Below are positions 56,550 through 64,000 of a stretch of 64,000 bases of DNA, piece after piece. The notes beneath the pieces were generated by a model. The model searched no databases. It was not told the DNA's origin and saw only the letters and a list, made by a program, of their open reading frames with translations. This DNA comes from Eledone cirrhosa (Eukaryota): the NCBI GenBank assembly GCA_964016885.1, contig CAXHJY010001251.1, positions 1 through 64,000 on the forward strand, in the 5' to 3' direction. Each line of letters begins with the position of its first letter. Position 1 is the stretch's first letter. Position numbers and translations under genes: made by a program.

Positions 56550-57400
56550 TACCACTGGCTCCCACCACCACCACCATCACTAGCTGCTACTACCACTGGC
56601 TCCCATCACCACCACCATCACTAGCTGCTACTACCACTGGCTCCCATCACCACCACCACCATCATCATCATCACCTACTACCACTGGCTCCCACCACCAC
56701 CACTACCACCACTAGCTGCTACTACCACTGGCTCCCATCACCACCACCACCTAGTACCACTGGCTCCTACCAGCACCACCACCATCATCACCATCACCTA
56801 CTACCACTGGCTCCCACCATCACCTACCACCACTGCCATCCCCAGCTCCCCCACCACTGGCTCTGCCCCCCCACCCCCTCCCTCCCCACCGCCACTGCCC
56901 TTACCACCACCACTAGCTCCGACAACCACCACCACTGGCTATGACTACTGCCTCCCACCACCACCACTACTTCCCCCACACCACTACTTCCCCCACACCA
57001 CTCCACCAATGGTACCAACAAAAACAGATTAATCAACCGGCATCATTACATGTCGGTTTATGTTTCTGCTGATTACCTGTTCAAGAGAAGTACTGCCCCC
57101 ACCACCACCACCACCACCACTACCACTGACATACTGCCCCATCACCACTACCACCACAACCATCACCACCACTGACATACTGCCCCACCACCAGTACCAT
57201 CACCACTACCACTACCACCATCACCACTGACATATTGCCCCACCACCAGTACCATCACCACTACCACCATCACCACCACTGACATGCTGCCTCACTGCCA
57301 CCACCACCAATGACATATTGCCCCACCATCAATACCAGCACCACTACCACCACAACTAAGAACACCACCACCAACATCAACATCACAAGTAACACCACCA
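56550..57400. repeat. CAC/CAT-rich low-complexity minisatellite
   Basis: Recurrent ctaccactggctcccaccacc and accactgacatactgcccc units. Confidence 0.85.
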
Positions 57401-57494
57401 GGTAAACTATACAGGTTTATTTTTAGCAGGTATATAGGACCAAATGTTGCATAATATATCTTTGTAATATGATCCTCTTCAGCACAGCAACATA

Positions 57495-57855
57495 AGTAGT
57501 TGGGTTTCTAGTTTAGTTCCATTTTGAGGTCAACTTTTCCTTTCATACTTACGGGGTCGATAAAATAAAGTACCAGTAATGTACTGGGTAATTGCTGGCC
57601 TTGTGCCAAAATTAGAAACAATTATTATCAATAATAATAATAATAATAGTCATAATAATAATTCTGGATTGGCAGTATCGGTAGAGGGTCAGACGCCCTG
57701 CTTTTGACGCATAGAGTTACGGCCCTTGCCATTCTGAGTTCAAATCCCGCCGAGGTTAACTTTGCCTTTCATCCTTGCGGGGTTGATAAAATAAAGTACC
57801 AGTAATGCACTGGGCAATTGCTGGCATTGTGCCAGAAGTAGAAACAATTATTATC
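57495..57855 (+). mobile_element. Two tandem SINE group A copies
   Basis: Both end tagaaacaattattatcaataataataataatagtcataataataattc. Confidence 0.85.
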
Positions 57856-57883
57856 AATAATAATAATAATAGTCATAATAATA

Positions 57884-58200
57884 ATTCTTCCTTTATTGGC
57901 CACAAGGGCCTACATATAGGAGACAATACAAAAAGACAGGTATAGTAAGGGCTTCCGAAAAAAAAAAAAAAATTAATAAATAAATCAAGAAAAAAAATTA
58001 TATAATAAATACAACAATAACCAACAAAACTACAAACAACAGAATTCCCCTATAGGGTGGAGAACCACTCAGGGGCGAATCAGGTACCCCACCAGTCCTG
58101 AACCACCTGACGCTTTGAAAGCACCTAGGAAGGGCACCCTTCTCCTTTTCAAATCAACCAGCCTACCGGCACATGCTCACAGTAGGCCCATTCACACAGG
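57884..58200 (-). mobile_element. L1/Tx1-like LINE 3' end
   Basis: Minus strand ends cccttgtggccaataaagg in an (ATT)n tract; related ends at ~1578-1760 and 58438-58757 (KRWVNEARMA-like frame). Clade assignment is from memory. Confidence 0.5.
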
Positions 58201-58204
58201 TTAT

Positions 58205-58420
58205 TAATAATTGTTTCTACTTTAGGCAATTTGAAGGGGAGGGGTAAAAGTCAATTAAATCGACCCCAGTGTGTTACTGGTACTTTATTTTATCGACCTC
58301 ATAAGGATAAAAGGCAAAGCTAACCTCAGCGGGATTTGAACTCGGTATGTAAAGGGCTGTAATCCAATGCCATAAAGCATGTTGTCTGACACCCTACCGA
58401 TACTGCCAACTCTCCACCCT
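58205..58420 (-). mobile_element. SINE group A
   Basis: Same core and boxes on the minus strand. Confidence 0.8.
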
Positions 58421-59982
58421 AGACAGGCCATTAATAATATCTTTATAGGTCACTAGGGCTAAAAATCTTATGGACAATACAAGAGATGGGGATAGTGGAG
58501 ATTTAGTTATAAAAGTGTATAAAAGAATATAACAAGTAACAAGAAAACCAGGAAAATTTTTAAACAAAAGAAATTCCCAATGGGAGGGAGCATCACTCAG
58601 TGGTCATTTCAGAACCTCACAGATTCAAACACAACCCTCGACACCAAGAGCATCATATGAAAAGTGTCCCTCTTCTCTCTCTGCAGAATTCAGAATGCAT
58701 GCCTAAAGTAGAGCCACTCGCTCAAGCCATTCTCGCTTCATTCACCCACCTTTTAAGAAATGAACCAGAGGCATGACTTCTCACTCCACCCTCACCTTCT
58801 TTTCCAAATGCAATTTGAAAATGTTGATGAGGACTTGGTCAAAGTAGAAAGTATCTGTTTTCAGTCTTTTCAGTCATATGATGTAAAACAAGACAAAATG
58901 AAATACCTTGCTCAAGAAAACAAAACACTGCTGAGCCTGAGAATTAAACCTAAAATCTTATGATTGTAGATCCAATACTCTAACCACAAAGTTGCATGCC
59001 TTCACCAATTTCCATAACCAGAAAAATTTCTAGATTTATTTGTGTTACATGACAGAGATATTTCATTCTCTGAAGAGTTGAGGTGCCAACTTGGCAACCA
59101 TCTAAATGTCATGCCACGCACATTATTTATTTGTACTTCTCCCACTGTCTTCTATATTAAAAATCCTATCGGAGTCAATCAAATGATTATTTGATCTGTA
59201 ATTGGTTTGATTTCAAAAGATTTTATCTTCCCCACCACCCAAACATTACAAATTTGAGCACCAAAACAATACACCATTTTTTTTTCGGTTACTCTCTTTT
59301 TCCAAACTACACCAGGATAACAGTAGAAACAACAATGCTTAACCATTTTGATAGCACACTACCTGAAACAGCCCATAGTTCTCTGATACAAAACTATTTC
59401 TTTTAAAGTGTTTATATTTATCTAAAAATCTTCCATAAAAAATTAATATAAGCTATGTTCCAAACACAAACTTAATACAGAGAAAGTTATTTCACTAAAT
59501 CCCTTCAATGTTTTTTTGATTATTTTCAAACTCATTTAAAAATTATAGGTAGTGCTTTTCATTAGAAATATGGTAATGAAAGTGTTAATCTCTGCTTTTG
59601 TGGTTCAACAATATTTTAAAGTGTTTATATTTATCTTCCAACATAATTTTATGTAAAGACCTTTGTTAAGTTAGGTTCCAAACACCAGTCAAATCTTTCT
59701 TAGCCTTATTTATAATGAAATACTTTTTATTTCAAATAATTAACAATTTTGAGGGATCCACGAAAATTAGTAATTATTTTATTACTAAGACAGTAACTTA
59801 AAATTATATCGGAGGATTTTAATTTAAATAGGAATTCTTTAAAATGAGTGGTTTTGTTGCATAGAACCAGAGCCAGTTTTGACCAAGTTGATATCAAAAT
59901 CATTTTGAAAAAAATAATACACTGAACAAAATAATAGAGTTACTTTGAATAGAGTTTTATAAATCAAAATCCAACAGTTTAA

Positions 59983-60198
59983 CCCTTTAGCATTTACATT
60001 AACTCTATATATACTATTGTATTTTCATGGTAAAGGCTTTACCTCACATAATTATTTCACATAATATCAAATCTATGAGATTTTGATATTTATTTTGAGA
60101 ACAATATCTTATCAGTATGAGCAGACGGTTACAGCTGGTTTGAACAGAAAGAGGTGAGAGAATTCTGGATGGATATGGCTGGTTTAAATGCTAAAGGG
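59983..60198. mobile_element. piggyBac-like MITE (family 1), complete
   Basis: TTAA-ccctttagcattta...taaatgctaaaggg-TTAA; related copies at 26520-26727, 13372-13585, 26965-27100 and 2536-2811. Confidence 0.85.
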
Positions 60199-60202
60199 TT
60201 AA

Positions 60203-60332
60203 TTATGATTTTATTCAACATATTACCTCTCCGATTCACACACTTATTACAGTGGTCCTACTTCACCTGTAAAGGTAACAACTCTACCTATTTGCAATAC
60301 CCTTAAGCCAGGAACTTTTCAGAACCCCTCTA
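60203..60332 (-). mobile_element. mariner-like non-autonomous remnant
   Basis: TA-gaggggttctgaaaagttcctggctt terminus, and aagtgtgtgaatcggagaggtaatatgttgaataa resembling the KC...G.YVE* mariner transposase end; second TIR not found. Confidence 0.6.
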
Positions 60333-60482
60333 TAAATCTGTGAGATAAGATAAGCCAAGCCAAAATACCCAAGGTATTACACTGCGTGATAGTGAGGCTA
60401 AGCTTCTTGAATAGCCAAGCACCCTCACAGTGCAAGCTGCCAAGAATATAGTGTATATAATCTTGCAAGTATAAGTTATTTC

Positions 60483-60537
<55 letters not shown>

Positions 60538-61009
60538 AGAGAGAGAGTGAAAGAGAGAGAAAATTATAGATTAAAATACTTTTAGTAAGATAACAATAGT
60601 TTGAGAGAGGGAAGCCAGTGCAAATTTCTTTCTTTTTAGAATTAACAATGAGTATAAATTTGGCAGAGAGTTCTTTAAAACAACAGAGGTAACAGAATTT
60701 GCTGGCAGCAGTACTGTAGCTCATTTCATCTTCGGCTTGGCGGCATGTCTTGTTAATCACGCGTAATTAATAAGTGAAATGAAGACAAGCAAGAATTACT
60801 AAGGGAAAATATTGTCTCAGAAAGACATTTCTTCAGGGAGTGTGTCACTAAGACTTCCATTTTTACATTCTCTCTGCTATTTATTAACAAAGCTGAATTG
60901 TTTATACGTAGTGAGTCATGGCTAGGAATGTTGTGAGAAAGACGCTAGCTAAAAGGTAAGTTAGAAAAGTATGTATGCTCCTGTAACACCTGTTGGTGTG
61001 TCACGGGGT

Positions 61010-61545
61010 CATTGTAGTGACAGCTGTAATACCTGAGAGAGTCATAATGTCACTGTAGTGAGACTTAACACCTGAGAGAGTCATAATGTCACTGTAGTGA
61101 GAATGTTACCTCCCAAGAGAGTCATAATGTCACTGTAGTGACATCGTTAACACCTGAGAGAGTCATAATGTCACTGTACTGACATTGTTAACACCTGAGA
61201 GAGTCATAATGTCACTGTACTGACATTGTTAACACCTGAGAGAGTCATAATGTCACTGTAGTGAGACTGTTACCTCCTGAGAGAGTCGTAGGATCAATGT
61301 AGTGACACTTGTAATACCTGAGAGTCATAGGGTCACTGTAATAACACCTGAGAGTCACAGGGTCACTGTATAACACCTGTAACACCTGAGAGTTATACGG
61401 TCATTGTAGGGACATCTGTAACACCTGAGTCACAGAGTCACTGAAATGACACCTGTAACATGTTGGTGGTGTCACAGGGCCACTGTAGTGGCAGCTGTAA
61501 CTCCCGAGGGAGTCACAGGATCACTGTAGTGACAGACGGCCTGTA
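61010..61545. repeat. ~41-bp minisatellite
   Basis: (gagagtcataatgtcactgtagtgacattgttaacacct)n-like units. Confidence 0.88.
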
Positions 61546-62209
61546 ACTCTTGATGGAGTTGTAGGGTCGTCCAAGTGACATATGCCATTTCTTGGGCAAT
61601 TCTTTTTTTAAAACCTGACAGAGCCCATCTCCTCTCCAGGTCTGAACACAGCTGATTTCTTCTAGAGGAGAGTGAGAGTGTGGAAGAGAGAGTGTGGAAG
61701 TCAGAAAGAGAGAGTGTGGAAGTCAGAAAGAGAGAGAGAGGGAGTGAAAGAGAGAGAGAGGAGTGGAAGAGAGAAAGAGTACTGGACTGGTAATATTTTA
61801 TCAATTTCCAAAGGATGAAAGGCAATGTTGACCTCAGTGGGATTTGAACTCAGAGTACAGAGAACTGAAATAAATACCACTAAGTATTCTAGCCAACATT
61901 TCAATGGCCCTGGCAATTCACTGCCTGTGGTGGTGATGGTGATAGCAATGATGAGGGTGATGATAGTGATGATGATGATCATCATCATCATGATTAGTAA
62001 ATATAGTAAAAACAACATCCAAAATGACAACAACAACAACACAACGAAAACATCAACGACAACAACAAGAATTACATTACCAATATTTAAAATTCTATCA
62101 ATGTCGGGATACTGAGAAGATTTTTGTTGTTATGCAAAGTGTTTGGTGCTGTGCAGCTAGCTGCATTATAGACTGGCTGCACACACCAGACAAGCTACAT
62201 ACACCATCC

Positions 62210-62565
62210 CTCAACTCATTGCAGTCTTACGCTATCTCTTCTGTGAGATTCAGTGATTTGAGATCAGCAATTACAACCCGTCATATTTTGAAGACCTCTA
62301 AAGACATTAAAGAGGGTCATTGAGGAAGATACAGAACTGTCCGATGAAGAACTGAGGTCGTTAATGTTGGATCATGTGAGATGGAAAGGTTTTTATCATG
62401 TCACCACAAAAAAAAGGGATAAATTTAGTAGTTAGTAGTATCACAATCTGTGCCCAGGTCTTCCTTGGTCTCCCTCTACTGCAGCTTCCTTCCATTCCAC
62501 TAAACTTTCTTGACATTTCTTCACCCACCAATCATTATCCATACACATCACATGTCCATACCATG
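62210..62565 (-). mobile_element. Degenerate RTE C-terminal fragment interrupted by ~165 bp of unrelated sequence
   Basis: gcccaggtcttccttggtctccctct (RGRPRKTW on minus) and cacatgtccatacca (WYGHV). Confidence 0.65.
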
Positions 62566-62584
62566 TTTCATCCATGCTTTCTTG

Positions 62585-63262
62585 TTCAGTCATAACAATT
62601 AAACAGAGCTACGCAGAGCTGTGTGGATATTATGACTGCTCTGTGCATGTGACATCAAACTTAACCACACACACATACACAAACACACAGCATAAGATTT
62701 GTTATTCAGTCATATCAACAACTGAACAGAGCTACACAGAGCTGTGTGGATATTATGACTGCTTTGAACATATGCAATCAAAATGTCAAACACACATACA
62801 CACACACACACAGGAAAGGCTTGCTGTACATGTGCAATCAAACTATCAACCACACACACACAACACAGGAAAGGCTTGCTGTACATGTGCAATCAAACTA
62901 TCAACCACACACACACACACACACACACAGGAAAGATTTGCTGTACATGTGCAATCAAACTATCAACCACACAAACACAACACAGGAAAGGCTTGCTGTA
63001 CATGTGCACTCCAACTAACAACCACACACAGCATAGGAAAGGTTTGCTGTACATGTGCACTCCAACTATCAACCACACACAAACACAGGAAAGGTTTGCT
63101 GTACATGTGCAATCAAACTATCAACCACACACAAACACAGGAAAGGTTTGCTGTACATGTGCAATCAAACTATCAACCACACACAAACACAGGAAAGGTT
63201 TGCTGTACATGTGCAATCAAACTATCAACCACACACAAACACACACAACATAGGAAAGGTTT
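62585..63262. repeat. Compound minisatellite: two ~120-bp units, then ~52-bp units
   Basis: acagagctac..agagctgtgtggatattatgactgct twice, then (caggaaaggtttgctgtacatgtgcaatcaaactatcaaccacacacaaaca)n. Confidence 0.88.
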
Positions 63263-63520
63263 GGGAGAACAGAACCACCTCGTTTTTCTACATTCATGTT
63301 AAAAAGAAGTTATCTACCTTGACATATCATGTAGGAATATATTGGGTAAAAACATTACTTTAACATCAGAACCTCCTTTTATATTTCTGCCTACATTGTA
63401 CCAGCTTCCTGAACACTTTATTTATTACATATCTCACAATATTTCATGTAAACTATACTGCTTCATTATATAAGAGACAGATAGAGAGACAAGGATAGAG
63501 AGACAGAGAGAGAAAGAGAC

Positions 63521-63597
<77 letters not shown>

Positions 63598-64000
63598 TAC
63601 AGCTTTAATACAAGCAAGCAAAGATGAAAATGTCATGGTGGTGAAGAAATTAAACAGATACATGTGTGTGTATGTTTGTTTGTTTGCATGTGAGTATATA
63701 TAAATGCATCTAATTACGGATGTGCGTGTATATATATAAATGTGTGTGTGCATGTGTGTGGATGTGTATGTATGTAGGATGTGTTTGCATGTGTGTGTGT
63801 GTGTGCATGTGTGTGCTTCTGTGGATGTATGTGCATATATGTGTGCATGTGTGCGTGAATATGTATGGATGTGTGGATGTATTAGTGTGTGTACATATAG
63901 ATGTGTGTATGCGTGAAAGATGTCTACTCAAACAAACCATATTCAAAACATCTCGAAGACAAACAGAAAACAACAACAACAACCACAACTAAAATATACA

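Noticed and set aside
59070-59100. CTGAAGA followed by a GTTG/CAAC stem
   Set aside because: No GAAA after the stem, so not a hammerhead.
60482-60760. Candidate NUDT exon 1 (CYLCCFKELS)
   Set aside because: Lacks the TYD.DG...RAAC motif and a suitable donor site; resemblance is superficial.
62574-63363. Cys/His-rich ORFs resembling zinc fingers or metallothionein
   Set aside because: Translation of a ~52-bp minisatellite in shifting frames.

Overview
AT-rich, microsatellite-laden animal DNA; the repeat landscape (RTE LINEs with (GAT)n tails, tRNA-derived SINEs, TTAA-flanked MITEs, long TA arrays) suggests an octopus or other coleoid cephalopod (inference). The only host coding sequence I can support is one 156-bp minus-strand exon (27304-27459) of a NUDT3/NUDT4-like (DIPP/Aps) Nudix hydrolase, which is missing from the ORF track; the rest of the window looks like its introns. 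These hold 5'-truncated copies of two RTE families whose ORF2 carries a C4HC3 PHD finger within the RT region, two SINE groups, TTAA MITEs, Tx1-like and mariner remnants, and three satellites made from retroelement pieces (SINE A-box head, SINE tail, RTE ORF2). Several minimal type-I hammerhead ribozymes of the Penelope-like kind are present, including a 397-bp near-perfect palindrome with a hammerhead in each arm. Three kb-scale TA-derived arrays abut RTE 5' truncation points, one preceded by a fold-back duplication of flanking DNA. Most long ORFs in the track are repeat artefacts. All alignments and folds were done by eye.
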